Shown: positions 1 through 9,826, counted from the stretch's first letter. The stretch: DNA of 64,000 nucleotides from Parcubacteria group bacterium LiPW_41 (GCA_007375535.1 VMEM01000003.1:32811-96810); one strand, 5' to 3'. Notes: generated by a model not told the origin, from the letters alone. Translations and numbers: made by a program.

Positions 1-5
1 GGAAG

Positions 6-1040
6 TTGGTTTCTGGGGGAGTTGTTATTGGCACAAAGAAAGGTAATTTGTGTCCGGTATCTATGACGATCAAAGAAGGAACACATCCATACCCTTCAGA
101 AACAAATATTAGCGTGACAAATGAAATGTTGGAGTCGTTACATGGACTTACCAATCGTGATCTCGTGATCGCTCTTATTTCTGGTGGTGGCTCAACATTA
201 TTGTGTAATCCGAAGAATATGACATGTGAGAACGAGAAAGATATCGTTCAAAAAATGTTCAAGGGTGGCGCAACTATTGAAGAGTTGAATACGATTCGGA
301 AGCATATTTCGGGTGCGCGTGGAGGAATGCTTGCGTTTCACGCATATCCTGCACGAGTGGTGTCATTCATTTTTTCAGATGTTCCTGGGAATGACATAAG
401 TATGGTTGCATCTGGTCCCACTGTAATGGACACAACCACAGTTAGTGATGCAAAAAAAATTGTAGATAAATATGGGCTTTCTAGTTTTTTTCCTGAGGGG
501 TCACTAATAGAAACAGTAAAAGATGAAAAATATTTTGAACGTGTGAGTAATCAAATTATTGTTTCCAATGATAAAGCGCTCGATGCCATGAAAGATGTTG
601 CAGAGCGTCTTGGATTTTCTACGGAAGTAGTTACGAATACGTTGCGTGGAGAAGCAAAGGAGATAGGAAAAAAAATTGTTGAAATGGTAACGATAGCTCC
701 ACCACATTCTGTTTATTTTTTAGGTGGAGAGCCAACGGTAACAGTGAGTCATGAGGGGAAGGGGGGACGCGAATTAGAACTTGTCCTTTCTGCTGTTTCA
801 CACATAAAAGATGATGCAATTATTGTTGGTTTTGCTTCAGATGGGCGCGACAATTGTGATTTTGCCGGTGCAATCTGTGATATAATGACTGCACAGAATG
901 CAAAGGAAAAGAAGATTGATCCTGATCAATATTTGAGAGAGAATGCCTCCTACAAGTTTTTTGAAACTGTGGGAGATTTTATTATGACCGGAGAAACTGG
1001 AGAAAATGTCTCGGATCTTATCTTTGCAATAAAAAAATAA
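6..1040 (+). CDS. Glycerate kinase (MOFRL/GckA family), C-terminal part. 5-prime end truncated by the window edge.
   Basis: Motif DLVIALISGGGSTLL and overall similarity to MOFRL glycerate 2-kinases. About 50-80 aa appear missing relative to typical length. The frame is open to nt 3. Confidence 0.6.
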   Translation: MVSGGVVIGTKKGNLCPVSMTIKEGTHPYPSETNISVTNEMLESLHGLTNRDLVIALISGGGSTLLCNPKNMTCENEKDIVQKMFKGGATIEELNTIRKHISGARGGMLAFHAYPARVVSFIFSDVPGNDISMVASGPTVMDTTTVSDAKKIVDKYGLSSFFPEGSLIETVKDEKYFERVSNQIIVSNDKALDAMKDVAERLGFSTEVVTNTLRGEAKEIGKKIVEMVTIAPPHSVYFLGGEPTVTVSHEGKGGRELELVLSAVSHIKDDAIIVGFASDGRDNCDFAGAICDIMTAQNAKEKKIDPDQYLRENASYKFFETVGDFIMTGETGENVSDLIFAIKK

Positions 1041-1050
1041 TTAATTATAT

Positions 1051-3498
1051 ATGTCTAACAAATTTATCGCATGGTTTGAAGAGGTGGGGATTAAAGATGT
1101 CCCAAGCGTTGGGGGAAAGAATGCTGCGTTGGGGGAAATGTATTCAAACCTTGTTCCGAGGGGAGTACGAATTCCTGATGGATTTGCGATTACTGCAGAG
1201 GGATACAGGCATTTTGTGAGAGAAACTGGGATTGATACAAAGATTGCGGAAATTCTTAAACCATTAGATACCAAGAATATTAAGCAGCTTCAAATGTGTG
1301 GAAAAACCATTCGGGAACTTGTGGTAAAAACTGAATTTCCTACTGACCTTCGAGATGCAATTATCAGTGCGTATGCAAAGATGCAAGAAAAATATGGAAA
1401 AAATACTGACGTTGCAGTGCGATCTTCTGCAACCGCTGAAGACCTTCCTGGAGCATCATTTGCAGGACAACAAGAGACATTTTTAAATGTTCGCGGTGAA
1501 CAGGAGGTTTTGCATTATGCAAGAAAATGTATTGCATCATTGTTTACTGATCGAGCAATTTCATATCGAGTTGATAAAGGATTTGAGCATACTGATGTAG
1601 CACTTTCTGTTGGTATTCAACGAATGGTGCGCTCGGATATTTCTTCTTCTGGTGTTGCATTTACCATTGATACCGAAACTGGATTTGATAAGGTCATTGT
1701 CATTAATGGTATTTATGGGCTTGGAGAATTTATTGTTCAAGGAATGGTAATTCCTGATGAGTTTATTGTATTCAAACCAACTCTTGAAAAAGGACATCGT
1801 GCAATTATTGCAAGAGATTTAGGAAAGAAACATATCAAATTGGTTTATGGAATGCATGGAACAAAACAAAAATCAGTTTCTTGGAAAGACGAACAGAAAT
1901 TTTCTCTTACTGATGACGAGGTGCTCCAGCTTGCACAGTGGTGTTTAGAAATTGAAAAATATTTTTCGGAAACTCATGGGAAATATCAACCAATGGATAT
2001 TGAGTGGGCAAAAGATGGAAACACAGGAGAGTTGTTTATTGTTCAAGCACGACCAGAAACAGTTCACTCATCTCAAGATAAATCGGTATATAAAGAATAT
2101 CGCTTGAATAAAAAAGGAGACATTCGAGTGAAAGGAATCGCAGTTGGGTCAAAAATTGCAAGTGGTGGTGTGAGAATTTTGAAGAGTGCGAGTCAACTTT
2201 CAGATTTCCAAAAAGGCGAGGTGCTTGTGACAGAAATCACTGATCCAGATTGGGAACCGATTATGAAAATTGCTTCTGCAATTGTTACAAACAAAGGAGG
2301 GAGAACATCTCATGCTGCGATTGTGTCTCGAGAACTTGGAATTCCTTGTATTGTGGGAACAAATAACGCGACAAAAGTATTAAAAAATAAAGAGGTGGTC
2401 ACTATCGATTGTTCTTCTGGAAATGAAGGAATTGTGTATGGCGGTGAACTACCATTTGAAATTATTGAGCACAAACTTGGAGAGGTTCCGAAAACAAAAA
2501 CGAAAATTATGGTGAACATTGGTGCGCCCGATGAGGCATTCAAAAGCCACTTTCTTCCGGTGCGCGGTGTTGGACTCGGACGTCTTGAATTTATTATTGC
2601 GTCACATATAAAGATTCATCCAAATGCACTTATTAACTATCAAAGTTTAAAGAAGGGGAGTAAAACTCGAGATACACGAAAACTTTTGAAATTAATAGAG
2701 GAAATGACAGTTGGGTATGAAGATAAGGCTGAATACTATACCAGTGAGCTTGCTGAAGGAATCGCAAAGATTGGAGCAGCATTCTATCCAAATGATGTTA
2801 TTATCCGTTTTTCTGACTTCAAAACGAATGAGTATTCAAAACTTGTAGGTGGATCGCTTTATGAACCACAAGAAGAGAATCCAATGTTGGGATGGCGAGG
2901 GGCATCACGATACTATGATCCAAAATTTGTTGATGCATTTGGGCTAGAATGTGAGGCGATGCGACGAGTGCGAGAAGATATGGGATTGCAAAATGTTATT
3001 CCAATGATCCCATTTTGTAGAACGCCGGAAGAAGGAAGAAAAGTTGTTTCTATTATGGCAGAGCATGGACTTGATAGAGCAAAAGATAAGAAGCTTAAGA
3101 TTTATGTGATGTGTGAGATTCCTTCAAATATTCTTCTTGCTGATGAGTTTCTCGATGTCTTTGATGGAATGTCGATTGGCTCAAACGATCTTACACAACT
3201 TACTCTTGGACTTGATAGAGACTCTGGGATTGTGACTCATGTTGCAAATGAAAATAATGCATCAGTAAAAAAACTTATTGCACAAATCATTGAGAAGTGT
3301 AGAGCACAAAAGAAATATATCGGAATTTGTGGGCAGGCTCCATCCGATTATCCAGAGTTTGCTGAATTTCTTGTTGAGGAGGGAATTGAGAGTATGTCAT
3401 TAAGCCCAGACTCAGTTATGAAGATGATAGGGGTGGTTCAGAAGAAAGAAAAGGAGGTGGCGAGTACAAGGAGAAAAGCGCAGCTTCCACAGAAATAA
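1051..3498 (+). CDS. ppsA: Phosphoenolpyruvate synthase (pyruvate, water dikinase)
   Basis: 815 aa. N-terminal ATP-grasp region. PEP-utilising mobile His domain GGRTSHAAIVSRELGIPCIVG. C-terminal PEP/pyruvate-binding TIM barrel. Confidence 0.9.
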   Translation: MSNKFIAWFEEVGIKDVPSVGGKNAALGEMYSNLVPRGVRIPDGFAITAEGYRHFVRETGIDTKIAEILKPLDTKNIKQLQMCGKTIRELVVKTEFPTDLRDAIISAYAKMQEKYGKNTDVAVRSSATAEDLPGASFAGQQETFLNVRGEQEVLHYARKCIASLFTDRAISYRVDKGFEHTDVALSVGIQRMVRSDISSSGVAFTIDTETGFDKVIVINGIYGLGEFIVQGMVIPDEFIVFKPTLEKGHRAIIARDLGKKHIKLVYGMHGTKQKSVSWKDEQKFSLTDDEVLQLAQWCLEIEKYFSETHGKYQPMDIEWAKDGNTGELFIVQARPETVHSSQDKSVYKEYRLNKKGDIRVKGIAVGSKIASGGVRILKSASQLSDFQKGEVLVTEITDPDWEPIMKIASAIVTNKGGRTSHAAIVSRELGIPCIVGTNNATKVLKNKEVVTIDCSSGNEGIVYGGELPFEIIEHKLGEVPKTKTKIMVNIGAPDEAFKSHFLPVRGVGLGRLEFIIASHIKIHPNALINYQSLKKGSKTRDTRKLLKLIEEMTVGYEDKAEYYTSELAEGIAKIGAAFYPNDVIIRFSDFKTNEYSKLVGGSLYEPQEENPMLGWRGASRYYDPKFVDAFGLECEAMRRVREDMGLQNVIPMIPFCRTPEEGRKVVSIMAEHGLDRAKDKKLKIYVMCEIPSNILLADEFLDVFDGMSIGSNDLTQLTLGLDRDSGIVTHVANENNASVKKLIAQIIEKCRAQKKYIGICGQAPSDYPEFAEFLVEEGIESMSLSPDSVMKMIGVVQKKEKEVASTRRKAQLPQK

Positions 3499-3508
3499 TC
3501 AATAAACA

Positions 3509-3535
3509 AAACCCGCAGTAAAAGCGGGTTTTTGT
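3509..3535 (+). terminator. Rho-independent terminator after ppsA
   Basis: Hairpin aacccgc-agtaaa-agcgggtt followed by a T-run. Confidence 0.6.
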
Positions 3536-3556
3536 GTTACAATGGGTATATAAACA

Positions 3557-4578
3557 TGGATGTACAAAATCAACCAAAAATTGGTTTCTTTGAACTTGAG
3601 GGGTGGGAGGAAAAACTTATTCGTGCAGAAATAATAAATGCAGAATGTCGTTTTTCAAATGATAAAATTGAAGAAGGAAAAATTCCCGCACAAACAGATT
3701 TTGATGCGATTTGTATTTTTGTTGACTCGGTAATTAATGAAAAGACGTTAGAATATTTTCCAAAACTTAAATTTATTGCAACCCGTTCAACGGGATATGA
3801 CCATATTGATTTAGCGGCCTGTAAAAAGAAGGGGATTGTTGTTACTAATGTTCCTGGGTATGGAGATAATACTGTTGCGGAGTTTGCGTTTGGGTTACTT
3901 CTTACTATGACAAGAAAGATTTATGATGCAATTGATCAGGTGAAAGAAACTGAATCGTTGTCTCATCTTCGTTTGCGTGGAATTGATTTAAATAATAGAA
4001 CAATTCTTGTTATTGGTACGGGAAGAATTGGAACACATGCAATAATGATTGCAAAGGGATTTTCAATGAATGTAATTGCGTTTGATCCAAAACCAAAACC
4101 AGAACTTGCGACAAAACTTGGATTTCAATATGTTTCTCTTGAGGATGGTTTGCGACAAGCAGATATTGTAACTATCCATTGTCCATTGAACGATCAAACA
4201 AAACATCTTCTGAACACTGAGACGATGCGATATGTAAAAAGGGGTGTTTATTTAGTGAATACTGCCCGAGGGGGAATTATTGAAACATTTGCATTGATTG
4301 AGGCGCTCCTTGAGGGAAGGATTGCGGGTGCCGCACTTGATGTATTAGAAGACGAGGAGCAGGTGAAGGATGAGGTTCAGTTCTTTAGTAAAAAAGGAGC
4401 AAAGGCAGAGGATTTACGATTAGTGCTTGCAAACCACAAACTAATGAGTATGCCGAATGTATTTATCACCCCACATACTGCATTTAACACGCAGGAAGCA
4501 TTGGAGAGAATATTAAAAACAACTCTTGAAAATATTCGTGGGTATATGAGTGGAAATCTAGTCCATATTGTTTCATAA
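3557..4578 (+). CDS. D-isomer-specific 2-hydroxyacid dehydrogenase (hydroxypyruvate/glycerate/D-lactate dehydrogenase family)
   Basis: NAD-binding GTGRIGTHAIMIAKGF and catalytic-domain similarity. The start is placed at ATG 3557 (MDVQNQ) because ATG 3532 lies inside the terminator and a -10-like TACAAT. The mRNA may be leaderless. Confidence 0.8.
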
Positions 4579-5260
4579 TCTTTGTATGTTTTCTTTTCTT
4601 TTAGAGGTATCAAAATATATACTTCCAGTAATACTTGTGGCTGTTTTTTTGGTTGCGTGTGCGCGGTATATATTTAAGTTTTCTTTTTTTAATACAAAAA
4701 GCGGATTGTTTTTTTCTTTTAGGAATTTAGCAATTATTGCTGTAGTAGGAAAAATATTTAATGCGGGATTGTTAACGTACTTGCAATATTCTGTGTGGAA
4801 GCAGAGCGGTGCGGTAGGTGAGGTATTTCTCAATTCCCCAATATCGAAAGATCTTCCTTTTTCTGCTGCGAAAAACTTTGAATGGTTATTGAATAATAAA
4901 TTTGGATATTTTCTTTTTTATTCATGGGGCAGATTTTGGTTGTCTGTGTTGATATCTCTATTGGTTGCGTATGTTTTTTATCTTTTATTGCGTGCTTTAA
5001 AGCTTAAAACCGAGCGTTTTTTTGAAGAGGGAGAGACCGAGTTGGGTTTTTTGTGTGCTCTCGTTGTTGGGTGGCCTGGATTTGTATTGTTTGTTCCATT
5101 TGTTTTTTTGAGTGTTGTGTTCATTTCAATTGTAAAACTATTATTTTTTAAAGAAAAATACACCACACTCGGTGCGCCATTCATACTTGCGACCGTTATA
5201 ACATCCATTTTTGGTAATTACCTTATTTTCTTGTTTGGATTGGGAGTTCTTAAGGTGTAG
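4568..5260 (+). CDS. Polytopic membrane protein, possibly a divergent A24-type prepilin peptidase-like protein
   Basis: Multiple TM helices. The segment GETELGFLCALVVGW resembles the GGGDVKLLAALG motif of PilD-type peptidases, with Asp replaced by Glu. Sits upstream of a pilin-like gene. Weak assignment. Confidence 0.3.
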   Translation: MFHNLCMFSFLLEVSKYILPVILVAVFLVACARYIFKFSFFNTKSGLFFSFRNLAIIAVVGKIFNAGLLTYLQYSVWKQSGAVGEVFLNSPISKDLPFSAAKNFEWLLNNKFGYFLFYSWGRFWLSVLISLLVAYVFYLLLRALKLKTERFFEEGETELGFLCALVVGWPGFVLFVPFVFLSVVFISIVKLLFFKEKYTTLGAPFILATVITSIFGNYLIFLFGLGVLKV

Positions 5261-5271
5261 AATTAGGGTAT

Positions 5272-6225
5272 ATGGAAATACAGAATATTGAACATCCAAA
5301 AGCTTCTCCGAAGGATGTTTTTTTGCATCTTGGATCTATTGTTGCACTTTATGGAAGTGCGATAGCGTTTTTGATTCTTACGTTCAATCTCTTTGATATG
5401 TGGATGCCTGATGTTGCTGAGTATTATAGCGCTCGAGGATCTGCGTCGTTAATCAGGGGGGCAATTGCTGCACTTATTGTTTTTTTCCCAATGTATATTG
5501 TTTCATTAAAAATGCTTCATAAAGCATACACAGAGGATGAGACACGAAAAAAGGTTTGGATACGAAAGTGGTTGCTCTATTTCACACTATTTGTGACAAC
5601 ATTCGTTATTGCGGGAGATCTTATTTCACTCATATATAATTTTTTAAATGGAGAGTTCACGGTGAGGTTTATTCTTAAAGTGTTGGTAGTGTTTTTTGTT
5701 GCTGTGTCTATCTTCTGGTATTATCGACGTGAGTTGAAAGACTTAATTGATAAAACTACTTTTTATGTAGGTATTGGTATTTCATCAATTATTCTAATAA
5801 GTATTGTTATTGGATTTATGTTTGCGGGCTCTCCAATGAAAGAAAGAACGCGGAAGCTTGATGAGCAGCGAATTTCTCATCTTTCAACACTTCAGATGAA
5901 TATTGTTGAGTATTGGCAAAACAAGGGAAAACTTCCTGAAAATCTTTCTGTATTGAGAGATGATTTGAGAAATATCTCCATTCCTCAAGATCCTGAAACG
6001 AGAACTGAATATGGATATGGAATAAAGGGAGAAGACACATTTATATTGTGTGCGGTGTTTGGAGGAGATAAAGAAAAGGAGAATGGAGTTTCCTATGATG
6101 ATTATTATTTTGGTATTAGGGGTGATCATTCCTGGAATTATAAGGCTGGAAAATCTTGCTTTGAAAGAACAATAGATGCTGATTTCTTTAACCAAAAGAA
6201 TGGCGTCAAAGCACTTCCTCAGTAA
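5272..6225 (+). CDS. DUF5671-like four-TM N-terminal domain fused to a type IV pilin/pseudopilin-like C-terminal domain
   Basis: N-terminal 150 aa have four TM segments. Then a hydrophobic helix followed by QRISHLSTLQMNIVEYWQNKGKLPENLS, which resembles GspG/pilin globular-domain openings. Confidence 0.45.
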   Translation: MEIQNIEHPKASPKDVFLHLGSIVALYGSAIAFLILTFNLFDMWMPDVAEYYSARGSASLIRGAIAALIVFFPMYIVSLKMLHKAYTEDETRKKVWIRKWLLYFTLFVTTFVIAGDLISLIYNFLNGEFTVRFILKVLVVFFVAVSIFWYYRRELKDLIDKTTFYVGIGISSIILISIVIGFMFAGSPMKERTRKLDEQRISHLSTLQMNIVEYWQNKGKLPENLSVLRDDLRNISIPQDPETRTEYGYGIKGEDTFILCAVFGGDKEKENGVSYDDYYFGIRGDHSWNYKAGKSCFERTIDADFFNQKNGVKALPQ

Positions 6226-6449
6226 TGAAAATAATCGTAAGGGTTGAACCACAAGCAAGGGAAAGAAAGGTTGAGAAGATTGGAGAGCGGTGTTTTAGGG
6301 TACGCACAACTAAACCAGCAAAAGAGGGAAAAGCAAATTCGGATGTTATTGAATTACTTTCGGATTATTTAGGTGTTTCAAAGTCAAATATTGAGATTAT
6401 TTCAGGTCATCGTGCTAAAGAAAAAATTATGATGATTGATGGGTTATGA
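6225..6449 (+). CDS. DUF167 (YggU/UPF0235) family protein
   Basis: 74 aa. Pattern RV-P-A-E-K-V...KPAKEGKAN...L-L--S-I-I-G similar to YggU. Start overlaps the upstream stop. Confidence 0.7.
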   Translation: MKIIVRVEPQARERKVEKIGERCFRVRTTKPAKEGKANSDVIELLSDYLGVSKSNIEIISGHRAKEKIMMIDGL

Positions 6450-6871
6450 AAAAGATAGTTGTTACAATTGTTTTCGCAGTGACAATCTTGTGTGTTTATT
6501 TTTTGGTTCAAGGTATAAAAAAAGAGGAAGCACAATATGGCAATACCAAACTTCCTGAAATTATTGTTGATTCTCCGAGATCGGGATCGGTAATTCAATC
6601 TCCACTTATGATTCGTGGAAAAGTAAAGGGTAGTTGGTTTTTTGAGGCAGTATTTCCGATTGTCCTAAAAGACAATGAGGGAAAAGAAATTACTTCTTCT
6701 CACGCACGAGCAGAAGGAGAGTGGATGACTGAAGGATATGTGCCTTTTTCTGCCGAACTTCTTTATCCTACGCAGAAGAGAGGAGAGGCTGGTTTTCTTG
6801 TCTTTAAGAGAGACAATCCATCAGGTTTGCCTGAAAATGATGCATCAGTTAGTATTCCAGTTATCTTCTAA
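6446..6871 (+). CDS. Gmad2 immunoglobulin-like domain lipoprotein/secreted protein
   Basis: Signal/TM at N-terminus. Pattern IVDSPRSGSVIQSPLMIRGKVKGSWFFEAVFPIVLKD...GEW typical of the Gmad2 domain. Confidence 0.6.
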   Translation: MKKIVVTIVFAVTILCVYFLVQGIKKEEAQYGNTKLPEIIVDSPRSGSVIQSPLMIRGKVKGSWFFEAVFPIVLKDNEGKEITSSHARAEGEWMTEGYVPFSAELLYPTQKRGEAGFLVFKRDNPSGLPENDASVSIPVIF

Positions 6872-6883
6872 TCCAAGATTTCA

Positions 6884-6910
6884 ATCTGTTGAGGTCCGAC
6901 CTCAACAGAT
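6884..6910 (+). promoter_or_regulatory. Perfect 13-bp-stem palindrome (ATCTGTTGAGGTC cg GACCTCAACAGAT) between the Gmad2 gene and uvrB. A third GACCTCAAC copy follows.
   Basis: Read directly from the sequence. No T-run follows on the + strand, so it is not a canonical intrinsic terminator. Possible operator or RNA hairpin. Confidence 0.4.
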
Positions 6911-6937
6911 TGAGACCTCAACGGATAAAAAAAACAT

Positions 6938-9019
6938 ATGGGGAAATTATTTGAATTAATTAGTGAAAACAAGCCAGCGGGTGACCAACCGAAAGCGATT
7001 GAGTCGCTTGTTTCTGGTTTAAAAAATGGAATGCATTCGCAGACTCTCTTGGGTGTCACTGGTTCTGGAAAAACATTTACGATTGCAAATGTGGTCGCAG
7101 AACTCGATACTCCAACACTAGTAATCGCTCACAACAAGACATTGGCGGCGCAGTTGTGCAACGAGCTTCGCGAATTGTTTCCCAATAACTCGGTGCATTA
7201 TTTTGTTTCATATTACGACTACTATCAACCCGAAGCATATATTCCAACCTCTGATACATATATAGATAAGGAAGCAATGATAAATGAAGAGATTGATAAG
7301 CTTCGTCATGCAGCAACAACTTCACTTCTCACTCGACGTGATGTGATTGTGGTTGCAAGTGTTTCGTGTATTTATGGACTTGGAACTCCAGAAATTTATA
7401 AAAAAAATATTTTCCACTTTAAAGAAGGAGATTCTGTAGATCGCGCAACACTTATCAAGCAGCTTATCGGATTGCAGTTTTCTCGCACCAACTCTGACTT
7501 AAAAAGAGGAACGTTTCGTGTGAGAGGTGATCAGTGGGAGATAATGCCAACAGACAAGGAAATTATTTTTTCGTTTGAGCTTGAAGACGGAATAATTAAG
7601 AAAATTTATGAAATTAATCCAGTAGAAGGATTTGTTCGCGGAAAAACAAAAGAACTAAAGGCGGTGTTCATTCCTCCTGCAAAACATTTTATTACAAAAA
7701 AAGAGGTTCGGGATAATGCGATAAAGGAAATAAAAAAAGAGCTAAAGCAACAACTTGCGAAGTTTGAGAAGGAGGGGAAATTACTTGAGGCAGAACGTCT
7801 TGAGAGAAGGACTAAATTTGATTGTGCGATGATTGAGGAGATTGGGTATTGCAATGGAATCGAAAACTATTCCCGTCATCTTTCTGGAAGGAATGCTGGC
7901 GAACCACCTGATACATTACTTGATTACTTCCCAAAGAAAAAAGATGGAAGCGCAGATTTCATTACAGTAATTGATGAATCCCACGTGACTGTTCCACAAC
8001 TTGGAGGAATGTATGCGGGAGATGCGGCTCGCAAAAAAACACTCATTGAATTTGGATTTCGACTTCCTTCTGCAGCAGATAATAGACCTTTGAATTTTAA
8101 AGAGTTTGAAACACGTGTTGGAAATACCATTTATGTTTCTGCAACTCCTGCAGAATTTGAGAAAAAGAAATCAAAAACAGAAGGTCAGATTGTTGAACAG
8201 ATTATCCGTCCTACAGGGCTCATTGATCCAAAAGTTACTATTTGTGGAGTTCGTGGGCAGGTTCAGGATTTAATTGGAAGAATTGAAGCACGAGAAAAAC
8301 TTCCTGATGGAACAAATCCACGTGTGCTGGTTACGACACTTACAAAACGGATGGCAGAAGACCTTTCGCAGTTTCTTGAGGAAAAAAATATAAAAGTTAC
8401 TTATTTACATAGTGATGTAAAGACTCTTGATAGAATAAAAATTCTTACGAAATTGCGAAGAGGGGAGATTGATGTACTTGTGGGAGTGAACCTTTTGCGT
8501 GAGGGACTTGATTTGCCAGAAGTAGAACTTGTTGCAATTTTAGACGCAGACAAAGAAGGATTTTTGAGAAGTGAGACTTCGCTTATTCAAACTATTGGAC
8601 GCGCTGCAAGAAATGTTCGTGGTGAAGTGGTGATGTATGCCGATTCAATTACTGGTTCGCTTGAACGTGCAATTCGGGAAACGGAGCGAAGAAGAAAAAT
8701 TCAACTTGCATATAATAAAGAACACAATATCACCCCAAAAACCATAATCAAAGAAATCAAAGATATTCTTCCGACTGGTGAGATTGCAGCAATTGAATTA
8801 AGTGTTGCGCCAAAAACAAAGAGGGGGATAGAGGAATTGTTGAAAGAGAAGGAGAAAGAAATGAGGGAAGCCGCAGAAGAATTAAATTTTGAGTTGGCCA
8901 CGCTTTTAAGAGATGAGATAAAAGAGCTTTCAAAACATCTTTCAGAAAATAAGAAGAAGGCAGTTAAAGTTGGAAAAGAGAAAAAAGAAAAGGCTCGAAA
9001 ACATTTTTCAGATAAATAA
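6938..9019 (+). CDS. uvrB: Excinuclease ABC subunit B
   Basis: 693 aa. Walker A GVTGSGKTFT, helicase motifs and a C-terminal UVR coiled-coil (EELNFELATLLRDEIKEL). Confidence 0.95.
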   Translation: MGKLFELISENKPAGDQPKAIESLVSGLKNGMHSQTLLGVTGSGKTFTIANVVAELDTPTLVIAHNKTLAAQLCNELRELFPNNSVHYFVSYYDYYQPEAYIPTSDTYIDKEAMINEEIDKLRHAATTSLLTRRDVIVVASVSCIYGLGTPEIYKKNIFHFKEGDSVDRATLIKQLIGLQFSRTNSDLKRGTFRVRGDQWEIMPTDKEIIFSFELEDGIIKKIYEINPVEGFVRGKTKELKAVFIPPAKHFITKKEVRDNAIKEIKKELKQQLAKFEKEGKLLEAERLERRTKFDCAMIEEIGYCNGIENYSRHLSGRNAGEPPDTLLDYFPKKKDGSADFITVIDESHVTVPQLGGMYAGDAARKKTLIEFGFRLPSAADNRPLNFKEFETRVGNTIYVSATPAEFEKKKSKTEGQIVEQIIRPTGLIDPKVTICGVRGQVQDLIGRIEAREKLPDGTNPRVLVTTLTKRMAEDLSQFLEEKNIKVTYLHSDVKTLDRIKILTKLRRGEIDVLVGVNLLREGLDLPEVELVAILDADKEGFLRSETSLIQTIGRAARNVRGEVVMYADSITGSLERAIRETERRRKIQLAYNKEHNITPKTIIKEIKDILPTGEIAAIELSVAPKTKRGIEELLKEKEKEMREAAEELNFELATLLRDEIKELSKHLSENKKKAVKVGKEKKEKARKHFSDK

Positions 9020-9030
9020 TTTGGGTAAAA

Positions 9031-9058
9031 AATGCCCCGCATAACGCGGGGTCTTTTA
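9031..9058. terminator. Bidirectional intrinsic terminator between uvrB (+) and the convergent minus-strand gene
   Basis: Hairpin gccccgc-ataa-cgcgggg flanked by an A-run upstream and a T-run downstream. Confidence 0.7.
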
Positions 9059-9060
9059 AT

Positions 9061-9720
9061 TTAATTAACAGTAATTCTCGCTCCAATGACAGCAATTTTT
9101 TCCTGCATGTAATAGGTACCATACAAATAAATTGCTTTATATGTTTCCTTTTCCGCAATTGAAATTTTGAATTCTCCATGGGCTCCAAAGCCCATATCAG
9201 ACTCAAATCTTCCTCCAACGGCAACAAGATCCAATAATGGAAAAAGTCCACGGACATCAATGTATGGGTCGGTATCAAATTGACCCTTTTCTATTCGATA
9301 ATAAATAAATACTTGTTTTTGTAAATAATAATTATCTTTCGTTACGTATCCGAGGAATCCTTCAACTCCAACGATCCAGCCGAGATCCTTGTTTCTTGGA
9401 TTCTCTCTTCTTTGAAGTCCCACCAGCGGTGCTATTTCAAAGAAACGTGTTGAATATGAGACACCAAGAAATCCGGCTTCTGATGGGCTTTTTTCTGGGT
9501 GAGAAACTGAAACTTCTCTCGACCTAGAAGATCTCCAAGAGCCAACAAGAGTTATTTGTTCGGAGATGCCGAAGCGTGTATATAGTCCCCAGGTTGACCA
9601 CTTTTCGGGTGTCGTACCGAATGGGGTGCCACACACATCGCCAGTTATGGCAACTTGTCCAAATGCAGTTGGTGCGATGAGTAAAAGAATTAGAAAAGCG
9701 ATTATTTTTGGCGCTTTCAT
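9061..9720 (-). CDS. Secreted hypothetical protein with a signal peptide
   Basis: N-terminal MKAPKIIAFLILLLIAPTAFGQ signal. No recognisable domain. Confidence 0.5.
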   Translation of the reverse strand: MKAPKIIAFLILLLIAPTAFGQVAITGDVCGTPFGTTPEKWSTWGLYTRFGISEQITLVGSWRSSRSREVSVSHPEKSPSEAGFLGVSYSTRFFEIAPLVGLQRRENPRNKDLGWIVGVEGFLGYVTKDNYYLQKQVFIYYRIEKGQFDTDPYIDVRGLFPLLDLVAVGGRFESDMGFGAHGEFKISIAEKETYKAIYLYGTYYMQEKIAVIGARITVN

Positions 9721-9792
9721 CTGTTTTTCTCCTATTTATTATTAGTAAAGAATTGTAACTATATTATACACAAATTTATAGAAATGTCAATA

Positions 9793-9820
9793 TAAAAAAT
9801 ACTCCGCATTAGCGGAGTAG
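9793..9820 (-). terminator. Intrinsic terminator for the minus-strand gene 9827-10237
   Basis: Hairpin tactccgc-atta-gcggagta. On the minus strand it is followed by a T-run (A-run 9793-9799 on the plus strand). Confidence 0.6.
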
Positions 9821-9826
9821 TGTTTA

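Noticed and set aside
3532-3556. Upstream ATG (MCYNGYIN...) as the start of the hydroxyacid dehydrogenase
   Set aside because: The ATG lies inside the ppsA terminator hairpin/T-run and a TACAAT -10-like element. The downstream ATG 3557 gives a conventional N-terminus.
6884-6910. E. coli-type SOS box (CTGT-N8-ACAG) or Gram-positive DinR box upstream of uvrB
   Set aside because: The palindrome has CTGT/ACAG ends, but the spacing is 15 nt and there is no GAAC-N4-GTTC. It is kept as a generic hairpin finding, not called a LexA site.
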